Positions 30,987 through 40,821 of a stretch of 64,000 bases of DNA are shown here, one piece after another (the stretch's first letter is position 1; each line of letters starts with the position of its first letter). The notes under the pieces are model-generated. The model made no database searches. It was not told the origin of the DNA and saw only the letters and a list, made by a program, of their open reading frames with translations. This DNA comes from Synechococcales cyanobacterium GL140_1_metabinner_5_sub. Lineage in GTDB: Bacteria; Cyanobacteriota; Cyanobacteriia; Cyanobacteriales; Chamaesiphonaceae. The DNA lies in assembly GCA_025359065.1 (NCBI GenBank), contig JANYHM010000093.1, positions 22,571 through 86,570 on the forward strand, read 5' to 3'. The translations under genes were made by a program, and so were the position numbers.

Positions 30987-33014
30987 CTACAGATTTTGCT
31001 GGATCTGGTGCTGGGGTGCCTCAGCAACATCGCTTGCTGACAGCGGCTCTATTTCTGGTGGTAAATCGTGGCCGGTAGGCGCTGGCTTCACAGCTTCGCT
31101 ATGGCCGTTTTGCAGTTCTTGGGACTGTTTCAGCACCAGCATTCCCATTAAACCATCAACTAAACCAGAACCCTGGCCATTGCCACTGACCGACACATCT
31201 GGAACTACTCGCACCTGCCGATCGCCGATCACCTGCATGAGTTGAAGAGCCGTATAGGCTTGGGAGCCAAGTGATTTCACACCGGCTTGATAAGCATCGG
31301 CTTTAGCCTCCCCAGTTAACCGAATCGCTTCGGCTTCACCACCAGCTTGCTTCACTCTGGCAGAAGCTTTCAGCTCGGCAATGTTGACACCTTGCTCCGC
31401 TGTTACCACTTCTTTTTGGATGTTGGCTAAGGCAGTTCCTCGGACTAACTCCTGACGTTGCGCTTCAGCTAAACGCTGTACCTCATAGGTTTTTTGCTGT
31501 TCTTCGGCAATTTTGCGCTCAGTAAGAGTCTGCATCAGTTCTTTAGGCGGCGTAATCAAACCAATCAGGGTATCTACCGCCTGGACATCGTAGGCGCGCA
31601 AGGCTTGGCGTACATACTCTGCCGCTTCGGCCTGTCGATCGCCCCGAGCTACTAAGAAATCTAGAATTGTGTATTCCTGCGCCGAGTTGCGGAAGTAGTT
31701 ACCCACGATCGGACGCAGCACGTGATCTACCAGATTTTGCATTGAACCCAGTCGAGAAATCACCTTGGGCGCATCGGCAGAACCAACGTGAATGATTTGG
31801 AAGACCTCTGTTTCGTAAGTAAAACCATCAGAAGACAACAGTTGCAGTGCCGTTAACTTAGAGTCATAGCCATGTTCACCGCTATAGCGAGAGGTAAAGT
31901 TCAAGACAATGTTGGTAGTAGGTACTAACTCCACCTTCATAATTTTGGTATTCAGTGGATGCTTACCAGGGTTCAATGGCTCCACCCAAACTCCTCGATC
32001 GCCTTTTTTGACCAAGCTACCATGAGAAAAAGCATCGCCGGTCACATCGATCGCCGAACGACCAACATAAGAAATCACTACACCCACATAGCCGATCGGT
32101 ACTTCGGTCATCGGGGTTTCTTCAACTCGTACAAACCAAGGGTTCAGGTTCCAAGAACCAGATAGCATCACCTGCTCTTGTAAACCGCGACTTCCGCCAC
32201 TGTTGATAAACACTTGGGCATTCTGAAAATTGTCATGATTGGCAATCACTGGACCAGCAATTGCGCCATCTTCGATCGGCGCACCATCTAGAGTAGTTAC
32301 AATTCCCACTCGATCGGGGGCAATGCTAAATACTCGCAACTGAGCCGGAGACATGCCATGATCATTAGCGTTGCTAGACAAAATCACCTTGAACAGAGCC
32401 GTATTAATGCGGTAAGTCCCAGTGGTTAACACCGCCATTTGCCGACCTTTTTCGCCGCTGTTGGTCAAAAACTTGCGAGCATCTTGAAAGTTATCGGAAT
32501 CGACTACTTTACCCAAAATTCTTTCGGGAGAAATAGCTCGACCATCGTTGGCGACAATAAGACCAATTTCATCTTGGGGAACTACAATCACCGATTCTTT
32601 CAGAATGTTGTATTGCCAAGGAAAGTAGCGAAAGTGCCAGCCGGGCGGCAAGGTATCAGCCTGTAGTCCAGCCTCACCGTTGAGAGCAATGGTTTGTCCC
32701 GGCGGTAAGCTTTTGCTAGAGAACTTCTTAGTGACGATGCCGACTTCTCGTTCACCGATCACAATTAAACCAAGCACCCAACCTACTTTGGGTAAGAAAA
32801 TTAGAATTAAAAGGCTGCCCCCGATCGCGTAAGCCCACATCGGAATTTCGATGCGACCGGGCAGCGTCTGAGCGGCTATGCTCGAGTTTATTTGGGCTAG
32901 ATTTGTTTGGACTGGATTTTTTTGGGCGGTGGCACTGCTAGCTTCGATCGCCAAGACTGTCAAAGCCGTAGCTGCAAATGGTAACAGCAAGCGACGGATC
33001 AACGATTTTTTCAT
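30987..33014 (-). CDS. Flotillin-like SPFH/band-7 family protein (YqiK-like)
   Basis: TM anchor then an SPFH domain, followed by a long Ala/Glu/Gln-rich coiled coil (EAQRQELV..., EAEAIRLTGEAKADAYQAG) typical of flotillins. Confidence 0.8.
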   Translation of the reverse strand: MKKSLIRRLLLPFAATALTVLAIEASSATAQKNPVQTNLAQINSSIAAQTLPGRIEIPMWAYAIGGSLLILIFLPKVGWVLGLIVIGEREVGIVTKKFSSKSLPPGQTIALNGEAGLQADTLPPGWHFRYFPWQYNILKESVIVVPQDEIGLIVANDGRAISPERILGKVVDSDNFQDARKFLTNSGEKGRQMAVLTTGTYRINTALFKVILSSNANDHGMSPAQLRVFSIAPDRVGIVTTLDGAPIEDGAIAGPVIANHDNFQNAQVFINSGGSRGLQEQVMLSGSWNLNPWFVRVEETPMTEVPIGYVGVVISYVGRSAIDVTGDAFSHGSLVKKGDRGVWVEPLNPGKHPLNTKIMKVELVPTTNIVLNFTSRYSGEHGYDSKLTALQLLSSDGFTYETEVFQIIHVGSADAPKVISRLGSMQNLVDHVLRPIVGNYFRNSAQEYTILDFLVARGDRQAEAAEYVRQALRAYDVQAVDTLIGLITPPKELMQTLTERKIAEEQQKTYEVQRLAEAQRQELVRGTALANIQKEVVTAEQGVNIAELKASARVKQAGGEAEAIRLTGEAKADAYQAGVKSLGSQAYTALQLMQVIGDRQVRVVPDVSVSGNGQGSGLVDGLMGMLVLKQSQELQNGHSEAVKPAPTGHDLPPEIEPLSASDVAEAPQHQIQQNL

Positions 33015-33193
33015 GTTTTTTTAACCTGAGAGTTGTATAGTCTGTGAAAATCAGCCATTCCCGGTCTGCTCTATATATTGGGTATGAGACAAGGAATAAA
33101 TGCAGACGATAAAAGCTCTCCATCCTTAATATTAGTAGTTCCAGAGTGATTGCTATAATTATTCTGGCGCAATCTAATTCCATTATATTTCCT

Positions 33194-34189
33194 ATGAAAG
33201 CAACTTGGTATGATCGACAGGGAAAAGCCCCAGAAGTAATTCAATATGGCGATTTGCCGACTCCAGAACCTGCTGCTGATGAAGTATTGGTGCAAATCCA
33301 TTCCTCGGCAGTGAATCCTTCGGACACCAAGAAACGTAGCGGTTGGGGCGGTATGGAGATGGGTTTTGATCGGGTAATCCCCCATCAAGATGGTTCGGGA
33401 ATCATCACTACTGTTGGTGCCAATGTTTCTGCTGATCGTCTGGGTGAGCGGGTCTGGCTCTATGAAGGTCAACTGCGCAGAGCTTGGGGCACCGCAGCGG
33501 AGTATATTGCGATCGATCAAGCCCAAGCAATTCCCTTACCATCATCAGTTAGTTTTGAGGCCGGAGCTTGCTTGGGGGTGCCTGCACTCACTGCTCACCA
33601 ATCAGTCTTTGGAGGCCAGAATGTCGGTAAAGACAAAGTGGTATTGGTAACAGGCGGAGCGGGTGCCGTAGGCAACTATGCAATTCAATGGGCGAAATGG
33701 TCTGGGGCGACGGTGATTACTACAGTAAGTCGTCCAGAACAAGCCGAGATTGCTAAGCTAGCTGGAGCAGATCATATCGTCAACTATAAACAAGAAAACG
33801 TAGTGGCTAGAGTGCGAGAAATCACCGAACGAGATCGAGGAGTAGATCGGATAGTTGATGTAAATTTCGCGGCGAATGTCGCTGTAAATAATGAGCTATT
33901 ACGCAACAATGGTTCGATCGCTTTCTATGCCGCAGAGCCTCAAGATCTCCCTGGTATCCCCATTCGGTCTTGGATTGATCGCAACATCACCCTTCAAGCA
34001 ATCTTGGTTTACACCATGGCTCCCGCAGCAAAAGCCGCAGCCATCAAAGATTTAGCAACTGTCTTGGCATCAGGAATTTTTCGACACAACATTGATCGGT
34101 GTTTCCCACTATCAGAAGTTGCGGCTGCTCATGAATTCCAGGAAAGTGGTCAGGCGATCGGTAAAATCATCGTTTCCGTTATCCCTTGA
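33194..34189 (+). CDS. NADPH:quinone oxidoreductase (zeta-crystallin / MDR family)
   Basis: MDR fold with Rossmann motif VTGGAGAVGNYAIQWAK and no catalytic Zn ligands. I set the start at MKATWYD. Confidence 0.8.
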   Translation: MKATWYDRQGKAPEVIQYGDLPTPEPAADEVLVQIHSSAVNPSDTKKRSGWGGMEMGFDRVIPHQDGSGIITTVGANVSADRLGERVWLYEGQLRRAWGTAAEYIAIDQAQAIPLPSSVSFEAGACLGVPALTAHQSVFGGQNVGKDKVVLVTGGAGAVGNYAIQWAKWSGATVITTVSRPEQAEIAKLAGADHIVNYKQENVVARVREITERDRGVDRIVDVNFAANVAVNNELLRNNGSIAFYAAEPQDLPGIPIRSWIDRNITLQAILVYTMAPAAKAAAIKDLATVLASGIFRHNIDRCFPLSEVAAAHEFQESGQAIGKIIVSVIP

Positions 34190-34312
34190 ATCTATTCAGA
34201 AGTCTGACTTCTGTTCAATGAATTCTACAAACTCTTCAGATAAGTTAAAGTCTAGCCCATCAAAATACTAGCTAATTTTGACAAAGATCATATTGCTCAA
34301 TCATCATCTGAC

Positions 34313-34969
34313 TTACTGATTTTTTAGTTCTTCCTGCAAAATCCGATCAAAATTTTGATCTAATTTTTCAGTCTGGATATTAGTTTCAATGCCAAAGCCC
34401 AAACTCGTCCAGGTGGGCGAAAGTTTTTTGCGTACTGCCACAACGTTACCGTTTTGCAGCTCCTTGGCAATATCCATTTTCCAGAATTTTTTATCGCTTA
34501 ACCAGGCATAAACTACTTTGTCTTGCTCCAACGGTGCAAAGCTGTAATTGCATTTCCACATCAAACAAATTTTCTTACCCTGATACCGTTCAGCAATGTC
34601 GTACCAAGTAGTATTAATAGTTTGGTACCGGCCAGCAGCAGTGCTGCAATTTCCCTTATTTGGGCCAGCGTTGATGGTTACACATTTATTTGGGTGTTTA
34701 TCGAGTTTTGTTGCCCTGCTACCTCCATAAATTAACGAATAGGGCTGAGCATCGTTGGCTTCACTGGTAGAAATCATCCGCATCAAAGATCTGATATGGG
34801 GATCGCCACCTTTCATGACCAATGGGGGAATTTTATCGGTAGACTTGGGATCTTCGATCGTGGTTTCGATCGAGTTTTGATAAACGCTGTAAACAAAAAT
34901 GCCCCCAACTAGCGCGATGGCAGCACCAACAAATTTCAGAGATTGGCGGTGCTCTTTGAATTTACCCAT
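34313..34969 (-). CDS. Membrane-anchored phage-lambda-R-like lytic transglycosylase (GH104 lysozyme family)
   Basis: STSEANDAQPYSLIYGG...KLDKHP...CSTAAGRYQ aligns with lambda R (SEG..YDVIVGG..DHP..STGAGRYQ). An N-terminal TM helix precedes it. I moved the start to a downstream Met to avoid overlapping the next gene. Confidence 0.65.
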   Translation of the reverse strand: MGKFKEHRQSLKFVGAAIALVGGIFVYSVYQNSIETTIEDPKSTDKIPPLVMKGGDPHIRSLMRMISTSEANDAQPYSLIYGGSRATKLDKHPNKCVTINAGPNKGNCSTAAGRYQTINTTWYDIAERYQGKKICLMWKCNYSFAPLEQDKVVYAWLSDKKFWKMDIAKELQNGNVVAVRKKLSPTWTSLGFGIETNIQTEKLDQNFDRILQEELKNQ

Positions 34970-34976
34970 AAACTGT

Positions 34977-35642
34977 TTAAACATTGGCAAACATGGTTGG
35001 CCAATCCTTGCCAATGGCTGTAGATTGGCAGACGATTTCTATAACTTTGTTTACGGCACCAGGCTGAGAAAGAGATTCTATACAGACCTCGGCTACTTTT
35101 TGGCGAGGAATACTGCCTTCAAACAGAGTGTCAGCTTTAGACATTACCAATATGCCAGATACTTCGTCGTTTTTTAGACCCCCAGGACGGACGATCGTGT
35201 AATTGAGTCCGCTAGCTCGTAAATAATTTTCGCCCTGCTGCTTCCAGTAAAGAATTAACCAAAATAGATTGAGCGGGTGAAAGAACTTCGAGACGCACAG
35301 CGAAGTGACGATCGAAAAATGCTGAATATTTTTGGCCTGAGCAGCGTCTACTAAGTTTTTGGTGCCAACATAATCTACTTGATAAGGACCAGTAGGGTCT
35401 AGACTAGGGCGTGCACCAGTGGCGCAGATAATTTTGGTACAGTCCCCGATCGCCTGCATCAACGCATCTACATTACCCACATCACCACTTACCAGCTCTA
35501 CCAGTTCATTGCCAACTGGCCAAATTTCTCTGGCTTTGTTAATATCTCTAACTAATAGACGCACTGGGGTTTGACGCTGACAGAGTTCGGCTACGATTCG
35601 TTGCCCGGTGGCACCAGTAGCGCCTGCTACAAATACTTTCAT
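34977..35642 (-). CDS. NAD(P)-binding domain protein (atypical SDR, NmrA/Ycf39-like)
   Basis: MKVFVAGATGATGQRIV contains a GxxGxxG Rossmann motif. About 220 aa. Confidence 0.7.
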   Translation of the reverse strand: MKVFVAGATGATGQRIVAELCQRQTPVRLLVRDINKAREIWPVGNELVELVSGDVGNVDALMQAIGDCTKIICATGARPSLDPTGPYQVDYVGTKNLVDAAQAKNIQHFSIVTSLCVSKFFHPLNLFWLILYWKQQGENYLRASGLNYTIVRPGGLKNDEVSGILVMSKADTLFEGSIPRQKVAEVCIESLSQPGAVNKVIEIVCQSTAIGKDWPTMFANV

Positions 35643-35832
35643 CAAGGGTATATTAATATATGTATGTAAAACATCTTAACAGTGTCTTCCTGGTTCAACC
35701 TAAAGAAATCTTGTCAAAATGCTTTTAACCCGCTCTCTAACTAGATTTGGTGACATCTATCACAGTTTCCTTTTTAATCTCAGGAGAAAATATCCGGTAG
35801 TTGCCGTCTCTCTTCTGTAATAGCTAAGAGCA

Positions 35833-36522
35833 GTGATACTAAAAATCAAGGAATCCAGTGCAATGCAAGCGAGATTATTGGAGCAACCAATGTTGGAGAG
35901 AGAGAGGTTGGAAACAGTGTGTTCATTGACTAAACCTGAACCAAACTCTGTCCAGCAACTAGAATTAGCCGGGGAAGAATTGACTAAAACTCGCTTTGCC
36001 AACAGCTTCGCTGACACTATGGCGATGAATGCTGATGCCAAAACAGTGGCGCAGTATTTTGATCAGCACCAAGATTGGTTCATTCGTTGCGCCCAGCCTA
36101 TGCAGGTGGAGTCTTTAGGGCAGAGTGGTTATGCAATTACGATCGGTCGCTTTAATTCTTTTGGCTATGTTGTAGAACCTAAGGTGGGTCTAGAACTGCT
36201 GCCTCATAAGTCTTATGCCTATCCGATTAAGACCATTAATATTCCCGATTACCAGGCACCTGGTTACGAAGTAGATTTTAGTGCCGAAATGCGTTTGGTC
36301 GAGGTCATCCAAGATAATCAATTGTTCACTCAAGTAGACTGGACACTAGACTTGGCCGTGTACCTGCAGTTTCCAAAGTTTATTCAGAAGCTACCTCAAT
36401 CAGTGATTCAAAAAACTGGTGACAAATTGCTTCAGCAAATTGTGAAGCAGGTTTCTAAACGTTTGACCATTAAAGTACAAAAAGATTTTCATGGTGCTGC
36501 TGGCCTGTCACTGTCAAACTAA
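35833..36522 (+). CDS. Conserved cyanobacterial hypothetical protein (DUF1997-like)
   Basis: ORF only. The start may be the MQARLL Met at 35863. Confidence 0.45.
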   Translation: MILKIKESSAMQARLLEQPMLERERLETVCSLTKPEPNSVQQLELAGEELTKTRFANSFADTMAMNADAKTVAQYFDQHQDWFIRCAQPMQVESLGQSGYAITIGRFNSFGYVVEPKVGLELLPHKSYAYPIKTINIPDYQAPGYEVDFSAEMRLVEVIQDNQLFTQVDWTLDLAVYLQFPKFIQKLPQSVIQKTGDKLLQQIVKQVSKRLTIKVQKDFHGAAGLSLSN

Positions 36523-36665
36523 TATGGCCAAACTAATACAGATTAAACAGTATTGATTGCTAAAATTGGCTGAATTCCAGAAATTGTATGTCTTTATGAT
36601 GGGAAATTTCGTGTACAGATGACGCGATCGTGACTAAAATAGAAAGAAATAGTCGGTGTGTAATT

Positions 36666-36977
36666 ATGTCAAATAACAACCGGGGCGCTTTACTAGTGGG
36701 AATGATTGTGGGTACTGCCATTGGCACCGTAGCTGGCCTTTTGGTTGCCCCGCGCAGAGGACGCGAGACTCGCCATGTGCTCAAAAAAGTGGTATCTGCT
36801 GTACCAGAATTGGCCGAAGATTTATCAGATAGCCTTAAGTTACAGACCGATCGGCTATCTCTGGCTGCCGGTGATAATTGGGTGGGTACGATCGATCGAT
36901 TGCAGCAGGCTTTAGCTGTTGGCGTTGCGGCCAGTCAGTCAATTCAAGACCAACGCAGACCTAATGAATCCAACTAG
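36666..36977 (+). CDS. YtxH-like small membrane-associated protein
   Basis: GALLVGMIVGTAIGTVAGLLVAPRRGRETR is a YtxH-type Gly-zipper helix followed by a helical tail. Confidence 0.55.
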   Translation: MSNNNRGALLVGMIVGTAIGTVAGLLVAPRRGRETRHVLKKVVSAVPELAEDLSDSLKLQTDRLSLAAGDNWVGTIDRLQQALAVGVAASQSIQDQRRPNESN

Positions 36978-37392
36978 TTCAACTACTCTCCCTACTACCC
37001 TTAGTGTCGCTGACCCAGTTTTTTGGCTGGGTTGTTCGCTGCTGTTGGTGGCTATGAGTTTGACGGCGGTTTTTGTGGTGGCGATGCCAGTGGTGATGGA
37101 GTTAGCGCGGGCGGCACGTAGCGCCGAGAAGTTATTAGATACACTAAATCGAGAATTACCAGCAACATTGGAATCAATTCGGCTGACTGGCTCAGATTTA
37201 GGCGATTTGCAGAAAGATGTGAATCGTGGGGTGAAGAGTGCAGTGAATGTAGTGGAACAGGTCGATCGGGGTTTTACGGCTACCAAGCAACAGGTTGATC
37301 GAGCACAAGTTACCACTCGCGGCTTTATTGTGGGCACTAAAGCCGCGATCAAGGCATTCCGTGATTCTGGCAAACCTGAAAAAAAAACCTAG
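36964..37392 (+). CDS. DUF948-like membrane protein (one TM plus a coiled coil)
   Basis: One TM (VFWLGCSLLLVAMSLTAVFVVAMPVV) then a helical region. Overlaps the YtxH-like gene by 14 nt. Confidence 0.5.
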   Translation: MNPTSSTTLPTTLSVADPVFWLGCSLLLVAMSLTAVFVVAMPVVMELARAARSAEKLLDTLNRELPATLESIRLTGSDLGDLQKDVNRGVKSAVNVVEQVDRGFTATKQQVDRAQVTTRGFIVGTKAAIKAFRDSGKPEKKT

Positions 37393-37601
37393 AGGCGAGT
37401 TTTTACTTTTTAATTTCCTAGTCTGGAATTAATGTGATAAAACGAAAATTCAAGTCTACTGATTCATAGAGCCAAACTGTAATCACTCCTAAATTGATAC
37501 CGTTAACTCCTGTTAGCATTCCTTACTGTTTCAAGTTGCTAATGATTGCGATGAATTTTTCCAATCCTTGATCGCCCCGAAGGGCGATCACTACCTGTAT
37601 A

Positions 37602-38378
37602 TCAAGAACTAGTAAAGCCATCGTCAGTCAATCGCACATTCTGGAAATCGACACCAATTTTTTTCAATCCTTCTCTAGTCGCTTTCGACATTCTGTTGAT
37701 TGAATCTTGCTTACCATATTTCCGGTAAGCTTGATAGTTTGCCTTTTGAATAACTTGCGGATAGGCAAGTTGTTCAAAGAATGTTTGTAGCTCAGTGTTG
37801 TCCATTTTGGCGATCGACGATTGTGCAATGCTTCTTTGAAGTTGGCTCGAAATGCCTTTATATTGTTGTGAGCTAGGAAATGCCTGCTGGTTAGCGACTG
37901 CCCATTGTTGCCCATACCAAAATGCTAGTAAGTCCTCTTTTTTGCTACTGTTGAGTCCTTGTAAACGAGCAGATCCAGCGAGAACTTGAACCATATCATT
38001 TTTTTCCATGAGTTCACGGACACCTTTTGCCTCGTCCGGTGGCAGTTGTTTGGCAAGATCTTGCAAAAATTCTTCGCGGATTTTTGTAGATAGTTTTTTA
38101 TTTCGTATATATGGAAGTGGATTGTTAGTGGCTGAAATACGACCGGATTGATTATTTGTTGTACGATCCGTTTGATTAAAAGTTGGACGCTGCACTGGCT
38201 TTTTTGTGCTGCTGCCTCGTGAATAAGTTGCACCTATTGGTGGGTAATTATTTTGGTTAAAAGAAAAGGAAGGCGAGGAATAATAATTATACTGTGCAAG
38301 AACTTTGCTTGGTATCAGCAAGCCAACAAACCCCATTAGGAACGTAGCAGTAAGATAAATATTTCGATTTTTTAACAT
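37602..38378 (-). CDS. Secreted hypothetical protein (Gln/Asn/Ser-rich) in an AT-richer islet
   Basis: Signal peptide MLKNRNIYLTATFLMGFVGLLIPSKVLAQ. Local GC is clearly below the flanks. Confidence 0.5.
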   Translation of the reverse strand: MLKNRNIYLTATFLMGFVGLLIPSKVLAQYNYYSSPSFSFNQNNYPPIGATYSRGSSTKKPVQRPTFNQTDRTTNNQSGRISATNNPLPYIRNKKLSTKIREEFLQDLAKQLPPDEAKGVRELMEKNDMVQVLAGSARLQGLNSSKKEDLLAFWYGQQWAVANQQAFPSSQQYKGISSQLQRSIAQSSIAKMDNTELQTFFEQLAYPQVIQKANYQAYRKYGKQDSINRMSKATREGLKKIGVDFQNVRLTDDGFTSS

Positions 38379-38568
38379 GGCGATATCCTCGTAAAAGTTA
38401 AATAGTGGATTTCTTGACTGGTGCTTAGACTAATTGCCCAGTAGGCCAAAAACTAAGCATATGAGTCTATGATATTTAGGGAAATTCAGATTTATCAGGG
38501 TTTAGGTAACAGCCTGGTAGATCTTCTAATTTCCTCAAACTACAGACTCCTACAGGTTTTGATGTCTA

Positions 38569-38745
38569 TTACGGGGGCAAAATGTCTTGTTGATCATTCT
38601 CGCTAAGTTTCTTCAATGCAGCATCATGCCTGAAGGCATTCACTATCAAGACCAAGAAATATAGCATCATTAACAAGGTTCCAATCCAGTGAGGTTCTGG
38701 GCGGCTATCGCTACTTGGGCTAACTTCGGCCATTGTTTTTTTCAT
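38569..38745 (-). CDS. Small single-TM protein (about 58 aa)
   Basis: MKKTMAEV...IGTLLMMLYFLVLIVNAF. Weak call. Confidence 0.3.
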   Translation of the reverse strand: MKKTMAEVSPSSDSRPEPHWIGTLLMMLYFLVLIVNAFRHDAALKKLSENDQQDILPP

Positions 38746-38990
38746 AAGCTCCAATCCTCGATCGCCTAGAAAGGTGATCGCAACCCTACCCATAAATCAT
38801 AACCTCGATATCCCTGCGCTGCCTTTTACATCACACAAACCTCAAAGGACTTCAGCGGTTTTGGAGGCGATAATGACGAGCGATCGACAGCATCACTGCT
38901 CCCAAAGGCCGATCGATGATTTGCTAGAGAAAATGCGGAGACTAGGAATAGACCCAGATGCTACTGATATTTAATCATAATTCATCTGTT

Positions 38991-39095
38991 ATGGCTGATA
39001 CGGCACAAGTATATGCTACTTTGCAGAAACTAAATGCGGCTGGTCGAAAACAAGTCGCCATCATTGCTATCCAAAGAAATTTGATTTCCAAATGA
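38991..39095 (+). CDS. 34-codon upstream ORF whose stop overlaps the SulP start (ATGA)
   Basis: MADTAQVYATLQKLNAAGRKQVAIIAIQRNLISK. Its TGA stop shares the TG of the SulP ATG (ATGA). It could be a leader peptide or could be nothing. Confidence 0.25.
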   Translation: MADTAQVYATLQKLNAAGRKQVAIIAIQRNLISK

Positions 39096-40795
39096 AAAAA
39101 CCAGCTCCAAATCTTTCTCCCTCTAAAACTCACCATCGCTTGTTTCAAGGAATTTTACCTTTGAGGCGATCAGTGATCAGCAAAGATATCATCGGGGGGA
39201 TTGTACTGGCGGCGATCGGTATTCCAGAAGTGATGGGCTACACCAAAATTGCGGGCACCCCGATCGCCACTGGTTTGTACACCCTCATTTTCCCAGTCGT
39301 GATGTTTGCGATTTTGGGTTCTTCTCGTCATCTAGTTGTCGCTGCCGACTCTGCAACTGCGGCAATTTTAGCGGCTGGTCTTTCAAGCTTGGCTCCCTTA
39401 AGTAGCGCTCATTATTTGGCTTTAGCCCAGTTGGTTGCCATTTTGGTAGCAGGTATATTATTGCTTGCCCGCTTGTTCCGGTTAGGTTTCGTGGCAGATT
39501 TTCTGTCCCGCACTGTTTTGATTGGCTTTCTGACGGGGGTGGGAATTCAAGTAGCGATCGGTCAATTAGCCGGATTATTAGATCTCAAGAGTACCGGACA
39601 TCATCCAATTCGGCAAATCAGCGAGTTCATTGCCGGTTTGCCCCATGCCCGCCCCTTGGCGATAAGTGTTTCTATCACTGTTTTGATCGTGATTAAGCTT
39701 TGCGAAAAATTCCTGCCTAAGTTTCCCGGTGCTTTACTTGTAGTCGTTGTCGCAATTGTCACCAGCTGGCTGTTTAACTTTGCTGGTCAGGGAATTATCG
39801 TGGTCGGCGCAGTGCCGAGTGGTTTGCCCTCTTTCGGTTTACCTGCTGTTGCTCTGAATGAAATCCCCCAAGTACTAGAAATTGCCTTATCTTGCTGTAT
39901 TGTGATTATTGCTCAAAGTGCCGCTACTTCTCGTGCATACGCCTTTCGTTACGGCGAAAATTTCAAAGAAGATATGGATCTAGAAGGTTTGGTCGCAGCT
40001 AATTTAGCCGCAGGGTTAACAGGCACCTTCGTAGTGAATGGCAGCCCGACTAAAACTGAGATTGTGGACACAGCGGGCGGAAGAAGCCAACTTGCTCAGC
40101 TTGTGACAGTAGCCGTTGTATTGGTCGTAATCCTCTTGCTCACACAGCCCATCAGTTATCTTCCTAATACCGTTTTAGCTGCCATTGTTTTCTCGATCGG
40201 TTTGAGGCTGATTGATATCAAAGGAATGCAGGCAATCTTTAAAAACCATCGTGAAGAATTCTACTTGGCGGTTATCACTGCGGCCACAGTGGTTTTTGTT
40301 GGGGTTAAAGAAGGCATCATCTTGGCAATTATTTTGTCGCTGCTCTTACATGTTCGTCATAGCTACCACCCGCACTCCGCCATTATCATTCCTGATGCAA
40401 ACAGAATCTGGCAACCAATTCCGGTTTGTCTGGGGGCAATATCAGCTCCTGGTCTGATTATTTACCGATTCAGTCGAGATTTATTTTATGCAAACACTAC
40501 TTTCTTTTCTGAAGAAGTGCAAAATCTGGTAAAAAGTGCTGAATCGCCAATAGAGTGGTTCATTTTAGAAGCCAGAGCAATTACTGGGATTGATTACTCG
40601 GCCTCTCAAACACTGCGAGATCTTATTCAAGAGCTATCTGCTCAGGGCGTAACTTTGGCGATTTCAGGTTTGCCGCCACAGGTAAAATTACAATTCGATC
40701 AGGATGGATTATCAGGTTTAATTGGAGATCACAATTTCTTCTACCACTTAGAAGAAGCCTTGGACGCTTTCAGTCAACTCATAAATTCAAAATAG
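39092..40795 (+). CDS. SulP-family anion transporter with a C-terminal STAS domain (sulfate permease or BicA-like bicarbonate transporter)
   Basis: SulP transmembrane core (GIPEVMGYTKIAG...) and a C-terminal STAS domain. 567 aa. Confidence 0.85.
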   Translation: MKKPAPNLSPSKTHHRLFQGILPLRRSVISKDIIGGIVLAAIGIPEVMGYTKIAGTPIATGLYTLIFPVVMFAILGSSRHLVVAADSATAAILAAGLSSLAPLSSAHYLALAQLVAILVAGILLLARLFRLGFVADFLSRTVLIGFLTGVGIQVAIGQLAGLLDLKSTGHHPIRQISEFIAGLPHARPLAISVSITVLIVIKLCEKFLPKFPGALLVVVVAIVTSWLFNFAGQGIIVVGAVPSGLPSFGLPAVALNEIPQVLEIALSCCIVIIAQSAATSRAYAFRYGENFKEDMDLEGLVAANLAAGLTGTFVVNGSPTKTEIVDTAGGRSQLAQLVTVAVVLVVILLLTQPISYLPNTVLAAIVFSIGLRLIDIKGMQAIFKNHREEFYLAVITAATVVFVGVKEGIILAIILSLLLHVRHSYHPHSAIIIPDANRIWQPIPVCLGAISAPGLIIYRFSRDLFYANTTFFSEEVQNLVKSAESPIEWFILEARAITGIDYSASQTLRDLIQELSAQGVTLAISGLPPQVKLQFDQDGLSGLIGDHNFFYHLEEALDAFSQLINSK

Positions 40796-40821
40796 TTATA
40801 ACTACTTCAAGTCAAAAAACA

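Noticed and set aside
33071-33526. Minus-strand 151-aa ORF upstream of the flotillin gene (candidate NfeD)
   Set aside because: It overlaps the quinone oxidoreductase gene on the other strand and has no NfeD-like TM/OB features.
36939-37373. 144-aa minus-strand ORF
   Set aside because: Antisense to the DUF948-like gene, which has a TM helix and coiled-coil character.
37664-38233. Two alternative-frame minus ORFs inside the secreted-protein gene
   Set aside because: The 258-aa frame has a convincing signal peptide. The others are AT-rich frame artefacts.
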